The notes below the pieces were generated by a model, which was given only the letters and a program-made list of their open reading frames with translations, ran no database searches and had not been told where the DNA came from. The translations under genes and the position numbers were made by a program. Below are positions 1 through 12,752 of a DNA stretch of 64,000 bases, piece by piece. This stretch comes from Sphyrna mokarran (lineage: Eukaryota). The number at the start of each line of letters is the position of its first letter. The stretch's first letter is position 1. The stretch spans positions 3,782,001 to 3,846,000 of the forward strand of contig JAGIQG010000040.1 of NCBI GenBank assembly GCA_024679065.1, given 5' to 3'.

Positions 1-119
1 CTACTGCTTGTTTGCTTTTTGTCCGACCCTTTCCCACAGCAGAAGCAGCTGTGGTGTCATAGGTCTGGCTACTGCTGGTATCTCCCGCTAACAGGCTATC
101 CTCCTCATGAATGAGTTTT

Positions 120-625
120 GTGTGGATATATGTGGATCCCTCAAGGCAACAAGACAGGGAGAGAATGTGTTTGAGGTAATATATAGGCTTCAGCAGCTGC
201 AGCATAGAATATAAGAGCTGGTAGGTTATGTTGGAAGTGCATAAAATACCAGTTCGACCACAGCAAGAATACTGTGTGCAGCTCTGGTCATCACACTTCA
301 GGAAGAATGTAATTGCACTGAAAACAGTAGAGAGGAGATTCACCAGGATGCTGCCTGGGCTGAAGAATTTCATGTATGCGAAATACAGAGGCTGGTTGGT
401 CTGGGCTTTTTACTTAGAGCAGAGATGGCTGGGGGAAACGGATATAGTGAATGGTGGTTGGAGTGCTTTCAGTTCGGGGGGGACCTCAGTAATATGTATA
501 AAATTACGCTGCACATAGATAAAAAAAATTCTCTTTAGTGGAGGTGTCAATAACCAGAGGGGCGTGGATTTAAGGTAACGGACAGATTTCTGTGTGGATT
601 TGACGAGAAATATTCCCGTCCATAG
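120..625 (+). mobile_element. Degraded CR1 LINE ORF2 3' fragment (paralog ~24490-25180)
   Basis: Translation [37 protein letters not shown] matches the CR1 ORF2 C-terminal motif [14 protein letters not shown]...[14 protein letters not shown]. Confidence 0.85.
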
Positions 626-934
626 GGTCGAAAGGACTCATTTTGTGCTGTTAAAAAACGATATACCACCCACAGCAGTGGCCCTCATCACTTGCAGCTC
701 TCACCGCGCTGATGGAATACCGACCACAGACAAAACCCATGCATTTGCAAATGTGCAATAGCAGCGAGCAGTGAGATGCCTATTCTGATAAAGACATGGG
801 TCAGCTCTCTGCTGCTCCAGCTAGCTTCAACGCAGTAGGTGCCCCCAGATAGTAGGGGTGGGTGGGCAGCAGCTCTTCATGAGGAGCCCTCGCCTGAATA
901 CACTTAAACCAATCACTCCCCTTCCCCCACACCA

Positions 935-1275
935 ACTGATGCAGAAAAGCAGTGAAATCCTCTCTCTACCCCACTGAGCATGCAGAGGGGCAGCGAGACC
1001 CCTTCCTTAACTCGCTGTGCATGCAGGGAGCAGCGAGGTCCCTCGCTATCCCACCGTCCATGCAGAGAGGCAGTGAGGCCCCTCCCTATCCCACTGTCCA
1101 TGCAAAGAGGCAGTGAGGCCATCTCCCTATTCCACGTTGCATGTAGACAGGCAGCGAAAACCCCTCTCTATCCCATTGTGCATGCAGAGAGGCAGAAAGA
1201 CCCCATTCCTACCTCATTGATAATGTGCAGATTGGCTGTAGAACGCACAACCCTCACCAATCTCATGCACAGCAG
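935..1275 (+). repeat. Minisatellite, ~38-40 bp unit (catgcagagaggcagtgaggccctccctatcccactg-like); present only in duplication copy A
   Basis: About 8 degenerate tandem units, each with a catgcag core. Confidence 0.8.
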
Positions 1276-2199
1276 CAGCAGGGCTGCACTCTCTCCTCCG
1301 CCAATCGTATACAACATGGCACAGGGCCATTCTCCTGATTGCATCGGATCACTCCGCAAGGACCCATCTGCCTTCAGGCCCTGCCTCTTCCGTTCCCGGC
1401 CCTGCAGATCCCACTCCTGCATGTAAAGGCCCATATGTCCCACTACCTTCAGCCCTCCTCCTGTCGACCTTGCCACCGCAGACCCAACCTCCAGTACTGT
1501 CCAGTTGACAGTGTCCTGTGAGCACCTACCTTTACCCTCCACCTTGCTCACTGTCCTCAGTGGCATTCGGTTCCATTGCCGAAGCCACCCACGACTCGTC
1601 CTCATACATGAGACCAGCTGTAGTCCTCACCAGACATAACTACTCCTGGTGAGGCTGCAAAGGCAAGTATGCCGGACAAATACATCCCAAGATTGTTAAT
1701 TTTAATTAAATTTGTTTTAAAATTAATTTCAATAATGTATTCAGCTTCTTGCCAGAAATGGGCAGGAGACTGAATCTGCTGTCTATCCGTTGCCGGTGAA
1801 GGTTGCAAGAGGCAAGAAATCAGGCGTGGACCTGAGTTCTAGTCTGCCATGCGGTTTTAAGGCGCACCTTGCCACCGATGGCAGAGAGCAGTTTTTATCA
1901 TGCGTCCCTACCGTGTGTATGTTGTGTGCGTCTATATTGTCTGTACCAGTATGCATGTGTGTGTGTGTGCGTATTCTTGTGTGAGCAACAGAGTACCTGG
2001 CGAGTGTCCCAAAGTGTGCATTATTTTGGTGTGTTACAACAATTTTGGTTCTTAATTTTGTGTGTGAGTGGGAGCATGTGTATAAACTTGATTGCTTCTA
2101 CCAGTAAATTTGCCTATTAATATATGTGTGTTTGCGTGTGTCTGTGTGTCTGTGTTCCTCTGACTCGAGGAGAGTTTGTGGTGATACAGGAAATAGTGT

Positions 2200-2475
2200 T
2201 GTTGCCTTATAGCACTTGGGGCCTGGATCAATTGCAGATTTGCCTACTGTCTGTGCAGAGTCTTCACGTTCTCTCTGTGTGTCTGCATGGGTTTTCTCCC
2301 ACTCTCTGAAAGTTGTGTTGGTTAGGTGCACTGGCCATTTTCCCTCAGGATAAATTCTGAGAGTAAATTCTCCCTTAGTGTACCAGAACAGACGTTGAAG
2401 TGTGGCAACTTGGGGATTTTCACAGTAACTTAATCACAATGTTGATGTTCGTGTATTTGTAACACTGGTGAATTA
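2200..2475 (+). mobile_element. SINE with V-SINE-like core (paralog ~25935-26210)
   Basis: Core actgtctgtgcagagtcttcacgttctctctgtgtgtctgcatgggttttc; tail tggggattttcacagtaactt also seen at ~62720. Confidence 0.65.
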
Positions 2476-2973
2476 TTTTGAAATTTTATGAAATATGTTC
2501 CCTTTCTGTGAGATCCTGCTGTGCATATATGCAATAAAATTGATTCTGCAGCCTGGTGATTGGGTGGGTGAGCTGGTGTTTTATGCAAAAGGGAAAAGGG
2601 GTTCTGTCTCAATCATTTACTCACGATGGAAGAGCATTTGAGGTCACATGTCTGTGCAAAGTCACAGTACACAGAAGATATCGTAGCCCATAGGCCTCAA
2701 GACAATTGTCAATGGCTGAAAGAATTAATAGCTGAGAATCAATGGAAACCAGAAGAGTAGCACACAGAGTACAGTAAATTCCAAGGAAATCAATACAATT
2801 AAATAGACTTTCTTAGAATTGGGATCTGGAAACAGGGGACAGGACTTTACAGCCTCACTCTTGCACAAAATGCAAAATCCTGCCTGTCTTCAACAGACCT
2901 TCCCATTCTCCACATCTCGCTTGCTACGATTCCTGTGGTGGCCGGGCCGGTACAATTCCAGCCAGAGACTTAC

Positions 2974-3280
2974 CTAGAACACCAACAACAGCCAGAAGGG
3001 GATAGTAAACACATTGAATCGCCTTCAGTAGATATTGAATCCGATCAGCTGATTTTATCGACGAAGATTCTTCAGTAAACTGAGATACCCAATACAATAA
3101 AGTTCTATCCTCGGTTGAAATATTCTGATCCGTTGTTATAACATTCCATTTCATCATACTCAGATTCTGATCCATTGTTGGAACATTCCAGTTCATTGCT
3201 CCCAGATTCTGATCCATTATTGTAACATTCCGGTACATTGCACTCAGATTCTGCTCCATTGTTGGGAGGTTCCAATCCAT
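2974..3280 (-). CDS. GPR139/GPR142-like class A GPCR, copy A, coding exon 1 (N-terminus to mid-TM1); exon 2 predicted left of the window
   Basis: ATG at 3280 and 102 codons + 1 nt, ending YYPLLAVVGVL-G|GTAAGT (phase-1 donor at 2973). Paralog of 26715-27021. Confidence 0.8.
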
Positions 3281-3639
3281 TGTGCCCAGATTCTGGTCCC
3301 TCTCTCTCTCTCTCTCTTCCTCTGCCACCACAGCCGCTGGTCTCTGTTGGTGTCAGAGTTGCCGCTCCCGCTGACTCTTTGGGATAACACATTGAACGGA
3401 ATCCCTTATTAATAGAAAAGGGAAAACTGTTCAGGCACACTAATCAGATCCCTGGAGGCTCACATCAATTACAGTCACTAAACAAACAGCTTCACTTCAC
3501 CTCCTTCAATCCAACACTTTTTATACCCAAAGTAGAACATTTACAGCTTAGATAAGTATTTGAGGGCCACGGACGTATGGATAGTTGATAATAATGGAGG
3601 GTCGGACTGTAAATCTGTCAATATTTATTCGATATAACA

Positions 3640-4405
3640 GAAGTCACTCTGTTAGCGTGCACTTCCAGAGAGCTAGAATACAAAAGCAGAGATGTACTGA
3701 CGTTTTAGTACACTCTGTCAGCAATTTTGAGCCCCGTTTCTGAGGAAAGATGTGCAGGCCTTGGTAAGGGTCCAGACGAGGTTCACAAAAATGAACCGTC
3801 GAATGAAAGACGTAACACATGAGGAGCGGCTGAGGACTCTTGGCCAGTGATCGATGGAGTTTGGAAGGACGAGGAGGGGAGGTATCATTGAAACTTACAG
3901 AATAATGAACGGCCTGGATAGAGTGTACTTAGAAAAAACGTTCAAAATAGTAGGAGTGTCTAGGAGCTGAGGGCAGAGCCTCAGAGGAAAGGAAACTGTG
4001 AAGTGGAGATGCTGGTGCTGGACTCAGTGGGCACAGTAAGAAGTCTCACAATACCAGTTATCCACTCACCTGATGAAGGAGCAGCGTACCGAAATTTTGT
4101 GATTCTAAATAACCCCATGGGACTGTAACATGCTGTTGTGAGACTTCTTACATTAGAAATGTGATGAGGAAAAATTTCTTCAGTCAGGGTGGGGTTAATC
4201 TGTGGAATTCATTGGGCTCAAAAGTTGTGGAGGCCGGACCATTGAGGGAATTTAAGAAAGTGGTAGATAAGTTCTTGACTGGTAAACGGATCAAGGGTTA
4301 TAGGGGAAAAGGTGGAGAATAGGTTTGAGAAACTTATCAGCCATAATTGAATGGTGGAGCTGGCTCGGTGGGCCTAATGGCCCATTTCTATTCCCATATG
4401 TTACT
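3640..4405 (+). mobile_element. Degraded CR1 LINE 3' end with a nested short repeat (~3995-4150); paralog ~27390-28165
   Basis: Remnants of the LVRVQTRFTKM and FFSQGGVNLWNSL motifs; CR1-type 3' tail. Confidence 0.75.
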
Positions 4406-4631
4406 GTCTAATTGTTATCATAGTTGTGGGATTTTGATGAAGATATCATTAATCTGGATTGATATAGTTTGCTAAATCCAAGCTGTAACCGATCTTCTGT
4501 ACAGCTTATTTACAGAACAACCTTAGTAAGGGACTTCACACAAATGAATCTTTCAGCATTAGGTACAGTATAGTCTTAGCTGGAGTCATCAGGTAAAACT
4601 ATCTCTGCATTATATACAGTACAGTCTTAGC

Positions 4632-4970
4632 TCATAGAACCCTACAGTGCAGAAAGAGGTTCTTCGGCCCGTTAAATCATCACCGAACACAATCCCATCC
4701 AGGCTCTACCCCATATCCGACATATTATACTCAATAATTCCACGGATCTATGCATCCCTGGAAACTCAGGGGCAATTTCTTAGCATAGCCAATCAACCAA
4801 ACCCGGACATCTTTGGGCTGTGGGAGGAAGCCGAAGTACCCGGAGGAAACCCACACAGACATGAGGAGAATGTGCAAACTCCACACAGATAGTGACCCGA
4901 GCCAGCGATTGAACCCAGGACCCTGGAGTTGTGAAGCAGCAGTGCTAACCACTGTGCGACCACGCCACCC
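4632..4970 (-). mobile_element. tRNA-derived V-SINE (HE1-like); paralog ~28390-28732
   Basis: Minus strand has A/B-box head (tggttagcactgctgcttcac...gggttcaatcgc), V-core gtgtggagtttgcacattctcctcatgtctgtgtgggtttcctccgggtacttcggcttcctcccacag, and a CR1-like tail. Confidence 0.85.
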
Positions 4971-5129
4971 GAGCTGGAGTCATCAGCACCATCTCTCAGT
5001 GTACAGTGCAATTTGAGCAAGAGACTTCACATCGAACTATCACACAGAACAGTCTGATGAAAAGACTTCACATCAAACTTTCTCAGCATTTTCTATTGTG
5101 AGGTTGTAAGAAGGCAAGGCTGAGTCGAG

Positions 5130-5686
5130 GACAGTGTTGGGGATGGATATCGGGAAACCGAAACAGAGTCAGCAGCACCTTGAAGCGAGTGTCAGAGCAG
5201 GACAGTGGGACACCGGACAGTCATTACTTTGAGGAGTGTATGAGAGCAAACACTGGGACACAGGGACAGATAGGCAGCTTCTTGAGGAAGTGTGAGAGGG
5301 GGATAGTGGGACATCGGGACAGATAGTCAGCAACTTGGGAAGAGTGTGAGAGGGAGACCGGATATCGGATACTGGAACAAACAAGCAGCATCTTGAGGAG
5401 AGTGTGAGAGGGGGACAGTGGGATAGCGGGACAGGCAGGTGGCACCTTGAGGGGAATGTGAGTGAGAGGCACTGGGAAAGCGGGGCAGATCAGCAGCTCC
5501 TTGAGGGAAGTGTGAGTGGTGGGCACTGGGATAGTGGGGTAGAAGTCTGCACCTTGAGGAAAGTGTTCGAGGGAGACACTGGGACATCGGGACAGGCAAG
5601 CAGCTGCTTGCGGAAAGTGTGAGAGGGGGACACTGGGACACCAGGACAGAAAAGCAGCATATTAAAAGAGTGTGAGAGACGGGCAT
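5130..5686 (+). repeat. Minisatellite, ~58-59 bp unit (gggacactgggacacaggacagacaagcagcaccttgaggagagtgtgagag-like)
   Basis: About 9 tandem degenerate units; explains the overlapping Pro/Ser/Leu-rich ORFs here. Confidence 0.9.
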
Positions 5687-7589
5687 AGATGATTCAAGTT
5701 ACTGGTAGAGCAGTACAGCACTGGACCGCGACCATTTGCTTATGTCTTGTGGTGCTGAGGATTCTCTTCAATGTGTGACCCCTTGAAAAAATGCATTAAG
5801 CCATGACATCACAGCGCAAGTCTCCCCATCACAATGTGTATCGACATGAAATCAGACATCACAATAGCTTTGTAAGCATTTCAGTTTGAGTCAAGAGACT
5901 GAATAATCAGTTGATGTGAAGGGAATGGAGCTGCTCTGACTGGCTGATCTACCTTAGAGTCAATGTGGTAATTTGGAAGGTCTGAATAAGTGAAAGGAAC
6001 ATGACCAATCCCAATATGAGATAGATTCAATGTGACATTGAAGAGTTTGTCTCACGTTAACTGTAATTTAATTTTAATTTTCTAAATGACCAAACAGATT
6101 CTGTTAAACTGCTACAAGGTGAAATAGTTGTGTTTTATTGTCTCGAGTAATTTTTTCATGTCATTCCTCTTAGGTAGTCGGGTACCCTAAGCCTTATATT
6201 CTGATGGTTATTCACCACACTATCCAGATCTTGTTTGGAGGCCCTGACTGACCATCTCGCTTCCAATGTGAGTTTAATGCTCACACCTTGTTCTGTATTG
6301 GATTCAGCTTCCTAACATCATCTCTATTAGAATTGGCTGCGATTTTAATACAACTTGGCAGAAAGGTGCAATGTTTGCTAGATTCCCTCTACAGTTCCAG
6401 GTAGATATCTGTCCCCTGCTGACAATATCTACACAGTGGAGCTCAATGAAAATGACTCACCTGCCATCGCATTTCTCTCGGTTCAACTTTTTCGGGAATC
6501 CTTCGTTAGAACAACATATATATTCAAGCAAGGTTTTGGTTCAGCTTTTCCCAACAGCACTGATTGGCTCCTCTGTCTCTGGTGCCGAGCCAGCACCAAC
6601 GAACCACGATCAATGTCAGTTGGCACCACTGATTATTCTGAGTATCCTGCCCGACAATGCTCCAAATCCCAAATATCACAAATATTCAAAGATATTGAAG
6701 CAATTTTAGACATTATTTCCCCAAAATGAGGACATGAAGAAGACAAACAATCCCAACACCATTGCAGACTTACCATGTCCACTGAGTTATATCCATACGG
6801 AAATTCTTTATTTTAGTTGATATGAACACACAAATTAGGAGTAGAAATGGGACGTTCGAATCCTCGAAACTGTTCCGCCACCATTCAGTCAGATCATGGC
6901 TGATCTGAATGTTCCTTGTCTCTGCCCACCTCTGAGAATCATTGACTTCCTTGTTAGTCAGAAAGTCTACCTAGTTATGCCTCGAAAATGCTCATTGACA
7001 CTGTCCTCCACCACTTTCTGGGGAAGAGAGTTCCAAATATTTCACAACATTTTTAAAGAGAAAAAAAATCTCATTCTGATTGTGACCCAAGTGAACCACA
7101 AGGGTATTTGTCCATCAAACCAAGGCCCTTGATTGTTTGATATTCCATGATATCAGAGAGTAAGTCTCGCTCTCGCACTAAACATCACCTTGAGATTAAA
7201 CATTCAGTAGGTTCACCAGCACAACCAGTTGCAGTGGAATTCAGAGCCTCTTACTTACTGCTTCATCTATCTAGGAATGAAAATGGTCAGCTAGGAAGAA
7301 CTGAACAGTTTTACTTTTTGAAGTGGGCATGATCAATAGGAATGGCATCAGCAATAGGTGAAAAAGAAAGCTGGAGCTATTGAATGGTTTGCCTCGGCAC
7401 CATTACTTCGTAACCTAATTTCTGAACATGATAATGCGCATTGTGATGATTATAACAGGGCCAGTAATGTAGATGCAGAGTAGAATGGATTAGCTGAAGT
7501 TGTGGTTGCTAATAATTCTTCAATATTGTTGCTCATAGATAGTCTGGGTCCTAGAATTTGGGTAATGATGGTCACACAGCCCAACTCTC

Positions 7590-9875
7590 AGGGTATGTCT
7601 CTCACTGGCTGGCTGCTATCTGGCTTGAGAATGGAGCTGGGAACAGGGATTCAGATTTTTGGACCGCTGGGATCTTTTCTAGTAAATGGGTAACCTGTTT
7701 AAGAGGAATGGGTTACACTTGAACTGGAGGGGGGCTAACATCCAGGAGGAAATATTTGTCACAGTCACTCGGGAGGTTTTAGATTAGTTTGGCAGTGAGG
7801 CGGAAGAGAAGTTTGAGGACAGCACAGAAGTTAAACATAGCGTATTAAATAATAAAGCAGTGTCATAATCATAGTACCAAGCAGATCAGGCAGAAAGAAG
7901 GCAGAGAGCCAGGGCAGTCCAGATTAAACTGCATTAATTTCAATGCAAGAGTACTGATGGGCACGGCAGAAGAACTCACGGCATGGATGGATACAAGGGA
8001 CTGGGATATTATAGCAATTACTGAAACATGGGTAAGGGCAGGACAGGACTAGCCGCTAAAAGTTCCAGGGTACAGATGCTATAGGAAAGATAGAACAGGA
8101 GATAGGAGAGGAGGGAGAGTTGGACTTTTCATTAATGAAAACATCACAGTAGCACTGAGAGAGGATATCTCCCAGTGTTCGGCCACTAAGTCTACATGGA
8201 TAGAACTGAGAATTAAGAAACAGGATATCACTTTGATGGTGTTGTACAACCGGCCTCCAAATAGACAGCGGGAAATTGAGGAGCAAGCATATAACGAGAT
8301 TACCGATAACTCCCAGAAAAATAGAGTCTTGATAGTAGGAAATTTTAACTTTCCAGACATTCACTGGGACAGCCATAGTATTAGAGGATTAGATGGAGAG
8401 AAATTTGTGAAGAGTATTCGGGAGAAATTTCTCATTCAGTATATAGATAGTACGACTAGAGAGGGGGCAAAACTTGACCTCCTCTTGGGAATTAAGCAAG
8501 GTCAGGTGACAGAATTTAATGAGGTATCACTTTGGGACCAGTTTTAAGATGACTATGGAGAACGATAGCTCTGGACAAAAAGTTAAAATTTTAAATTGGG
8601 ACCTTAGCTTTTTTGACAGTCCTAGGCAGTGACACTCAAATGTTAATTGGGTGTGTCTACGGGAAGGTAAAGGTACGTCTGGTAAGTAGCAGTCTTTCCA
8701 AATGTGTTAACCAAGGTTCAGGGTAAAAACATTCCTCTTAGAGTGATGGGCAAGGCTGGCTGAAGTAGTGAACCCTGGACGACTCAGGATATTGAAGACT
8801 GGGTCAAGAAGAAGAAAGAGGCACATGACGTACATAGGCAGCTGGAATCGAGTGAATATCTTGAAGAGTACAGGGAGTGCAGGAGAAGAGTTAAAGGAAA
8901 AATCAGGACACCAAAAGGGGACATGGCATTGTTTTGGCAGATAAGGCAAAGGTGAATCCAAAGATCTTCTATAAAAATATAAAGGCCAAAAGTGTAACTA
9001 GGGAGAGAATAGAGCCTCTTAAGGATCAACAAGATCATCTGTGTGTGGATTCACAAGAAATCTGTGTGGGGGTGAGATCCTAAATTAATATTTCTTATCA
9101 GAATTTACTGTTGAAAAAAGGAAGGATGTTAGGGAACTTGGGGAAATAAACAGTGATGTCCTGAGGAGTGTACATATTACAGAGAAGGAGTTGCCAGACG
9201 TCTTAAACTGCATCAAGGCAGATAAATCCCCGGGACCTAATGAAGTGTATCCCAGGACATTGTGAGAGGCTAGACAAGGAAATTCCGAGTCCCCTTGTCA
9301 AGACATCCAAATCATCAATTGTCATGGGTGAGGTGCCTGAAGATTGGAAAGTGGCAAATATTGTGCCTTTGTTTAAAAAGAGCTGCAGAGGAAAGGCTGG
9401 CAATTACATGCCAGTGAGCCTTACACCTGTTGTTAGTAGATATTTTGAGAGACATGATCTACAGGCATGTAGAGATGCAAGAACTAATGAGGACAATTAG
9501 GATGGTTTTGCGACTGGAAAATCATGTCTCACAAATTTGATTGCGTTTTCTGAAGAGTTATCCAAGATGGTAGACGAAGGCAGAGCCATTGATAATGTCA
9601 ACATGGATTTAAGCAAAGCTTTTGATCGGGCACTTCATAGCAGGTTGTTGCATAAGGTTAGGTCACATAGGATCCAGGGTGAGGTGTCAAAGTGATACAA
9701 AATTGGCTTCTTAACAGAAGCCAGGGGGTTGTTGCAAATAGTTATTTTTCAAACTGGAGACTTGTAATTAGTGGAGTGTCTCAAGATTATTTTTAGGTCC
9801 ACTTTTATTTGACATTTATGTTATTTATTTGGATGAAAATATAGGAGGCAAGTTTGGCATGTTTGCAAATGATTA
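7590..9875 (+). mobile_element. Degraded CR1 LINE (ORF1 end, endonuclease and RT; many stops/frameshifts); paralog ~31578-33845
   Basis: Endonuclease motifs (FNARVL, DIIAITETW, LYNRPPN, IVGNFNFPDIHW, TREGAKLDLLL) and RT-region motifs (VPEDWKVANIVPLFKK, KSCLTNL). Confidence 0.9.
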
Positions 9876-11719
9876 TTATCTGGAACAAAGAAAATCGACA
9901 GTGAGGTAAAATACTTCCACAGACTTTTCATGTGTATCTTTCAATTTCCAAAACTGACCAATCACGTCATTGCTGATCCTCTGAAACTTACGAGGTAACA
10001 CACAGCAGATATTCATCGTTTCAAACTATCTGCCTTCCATCTCAGCATTTTGCAGTTTTAAAAGCACTGTTTAAACGTTTAAATCTATCCACATTCCTGA
10101 CTTGCTGTTTGTTTTATATGGTGATAAAACCTGCATTTGCAATATAAACAGCAATTGGTAGACACTCTCTGCTGGTTTGGCGACATTGTGGGCACATAAA
10201 TTCTAATCAGTTTCATGAGTTAGTGTTTCTGAATTTTAGCGATTATTGCGATTGTAAAGTGGCAAAGTATTTTCAAAACAACTGACTCATTGCAAGATGT
10301 TTTTTGTCGAATATTAAAGAATTGCATTATCTCACACCCATTTACACTTCACTATATCTTGAATAATATTGTACAATGCAATCATAGAGAAAGGGATAAA
10401 AATTGAGGCAAATGTTATTTTCTGAATCTTGTGTTAGATCAATGCCACATGACTAAGGTTTTCAGCCGAATTAGAATTCGATAAAACAAGGTTCGATGTT
10501 CCAATCAGACTGCAGGCATTGATATTCTAGGCCCATCACATTGGTTATGTGCAGAGTTTCTAAAATGTAAGGGTTATCATACAGGATAGGCTTTCCTATT
10601 TGAAACGGGTCGAACATGATTGTAATTTACTGCTTCAGATTTTCCAGATTGTATTTAGTTGTTGAATGCGGACTGAATATGGATCCAACAAAAAGGTAAT
10701 TCGTTCTTTGAAAAAATCATTAAAATTGCCGCTGTCATATTGATGCATTTCTGCTTTCACTGCCTCATTCACGGTGCACTTGTTGGAGGTAATGTAGGTT
10801 AGATGGATTAGTCATGGCAAATGTTCGAGGGTAAGTGGGTTAGGATGGCTCGGCCAGGCACTCCAGGCTTATATTCTCTGGATCATGTGTCAGCCATTTA
10901 TGACTGAGTTAAGCAGACTTTTCTTCTCCCAAAGGCTTGTGTATCTTTAGAACCTTGCAGCCACCCAGAAGTTCGTAGATCCTCAGTCGATGAGGATATT
11001 GAAGGTTGAGTTGGAGTAATTTTTAGAATCTAAGGTAAAGAAGATCTATTGGGATATTCTGGGAAATTGGGATGAGGTTGTGGATTTCTCTTGCTTCAGT
11101 CGTCAAGGAGGTTCAACGGGATATGTGGCTCAGCTCTACTCTTTGATTCTGTTCACTGTCAATACCAGGTGCTGATAGCATTGAAGCCTCAGGCATTGAA
11201 TGAAGGGTAGTGGCATTAGTTACGTCATATGATCAAAACCCATCACTGCTAAATATTTAATTAATTAAGGTCATTGAGTACATTTGATTTATTATTATCA
11301 CATTCAATAGTATACAGTTGCTGTAAAGAGTTGTTTTTCAAACTGTAGATTTGTGATTAGTGTTGTGCCTCAGAGATCAGTTTTAGGTCCACTGTTATTT
11401 GTCATTTATATTATTGATTTGGATGAGAACAATGTTTGGCATGTTTGCAAACGATTGTTATCTAGTCATAGCTAGGGTGTAGAGAAAAGTCAACTTAACA
11501 CAAGGTAGGCCATGCATGTTATCACACGACTTCCATATCGTTAAACATTTTAACAGGAGATACCAGTCGGCACAATGCAAATATAAATTGACGTGGACAA
11601 TTGAGGTGTTTGTGTAGCCAGTTTACTTACACCGTTGCATCGCAATGTTTCTGGTAGTTATCACGTTCGCCGTACGTGCACAAGTTTCCTGTTTCAATCT
11701 TGGGCAGGAAGGTATTTAC

Positions 11720-11890
11720 CAGGAATAGAAAATACTGGAAAATCTCAACAGGATTGAGGCATCTGTGGGGAATTCAACGTTTTAAATCTTGGGGCCCTTT
11801 AGAAGATTTTCTGATTCGACACCCTGACTCTGCTCTCTCTTCACAGATGCTGCTAGATTTTCTGAGATTTTCCAGTTTTTTTCCTGTGTT
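11720..11890. repeat. Short inverted-repeat (hairpin) element; paralog ~35830-36000; related termini at ~46860-47346 and ~62340-62540
   Basis: caggaatagaaaatactggaaaatctca...gcatctgtg pairs with cacagatgc...tgagattttccagttttttcctg. Resembles inverted termini of non-autonomous Penelope-like elements (family assignment inferred). Confidence 0.6.
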
Positions 11891-12680
11891 TTAGGTTCCA
11901 ACATCAGTAGGATTTCACCCTTACAGAAACGTCTCCAAATGTTTTCAATTTCAGGCTAATTCAGCTTTCAGAAATAATCATGCATTTGCCATGAAATGCG
12001 AACTACCAAGCATTTCCACGGTTTTCTGATGGTAACGTCATGAATTAGCCTGTGAAAAGAACAAAAGGGGTAGACCGTGATAGAGAGCAAGGGAGGATCA
12101 TTAAATGAAACAAGGACTGGTGGGTAACATTTAGCTGGTGATAGTGGAGGCCGGGTGACCAAGTCGGTCAGAGTCAACCCTTTCACTGCCAAGCCCGGGA
12201 TTGATGATAAACTGTCAACTGAACAAAACATTTTATTTTGCATGCAATCATTTTCCGGAAACGAAAGTATCTGAAAGCAAAGGAAGATAGCACAATGTGC
12301 GACTATATCTGTAGTGACAGTGATCTGGAATGAAGTAATGGAGACCGTAATCATGATCAATGAGGTACAAATCTCTAACATCATAGTATGATAAGCTATG
12401 TTTTTCAGCAGATTTCCCACAAGAAGCTATAGAAGATGCAGAGCCTACGAATGATCTTTGAATGTGGTGAGCTACAGTGAAATTTAACAGAGTAGAATAT
12501 AATATTTTTCATTTTGACAGGAGAAAGTAGCAAGGGGAATGCAAATATAAATTTCCAGGGTTGTGCCAATAGGTTTATTTTGTTTCTCCAAACTGACACA
12601 ATGATCACGACTGTTTTCAATCAAAAAGTAATTTCAGTCCCCTTTAAATCTTGTACTGGTCGGCAGCTATAAAATCTACA

Positions 12681-12752
12681 TTTCCTGACCGGGAATCGAA
12701 CCTGGGCCGCAGCGGTGAAAACGCCGTATCCTAACCACGAGACAACCAGGGA
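12681..12752 (-). tRNA. tRNA-Glu(UUC), copy A; probable pseudogene
   Basis: 72 nt TCCCTGGTTGTCTCGTGGTTAGGATACGGCGTTTTCACCGCTGCGGCCCAGGTTCGATTCCCGGTCAGGAAA, co-linear with vertebrate tRNA-Glu-TTC. Carries A14>C and an acceptor-stem mismatch. Confidence 0.9.

Noticed and set aside
2924-2973. ORF tails GKSLAGIV... (also 26665-26714) and upstream MVAEEERERER
   Set aside because: The tail lies beyond the GTAAGT donor, and the upstream part is a (GA)n microsatellite without an ATG.
5130-5686. Repeat array as a CRISPR-like locus, or its Pro/Ser/Leu ORFs as proteins
   Set aside because: Eukaryotic context, whole units are degenerate copies without unique spacers, and the ORFs are artefacts of the repeat.
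11968-12420. 150-aa ORF present in both duplicates (also the 15617/39461, 7147/30916 and 6371/29998 pairs)
   Set aside because: Conservation is explained by the recent duplication; no recognisable domain and non-ATG starts in several.
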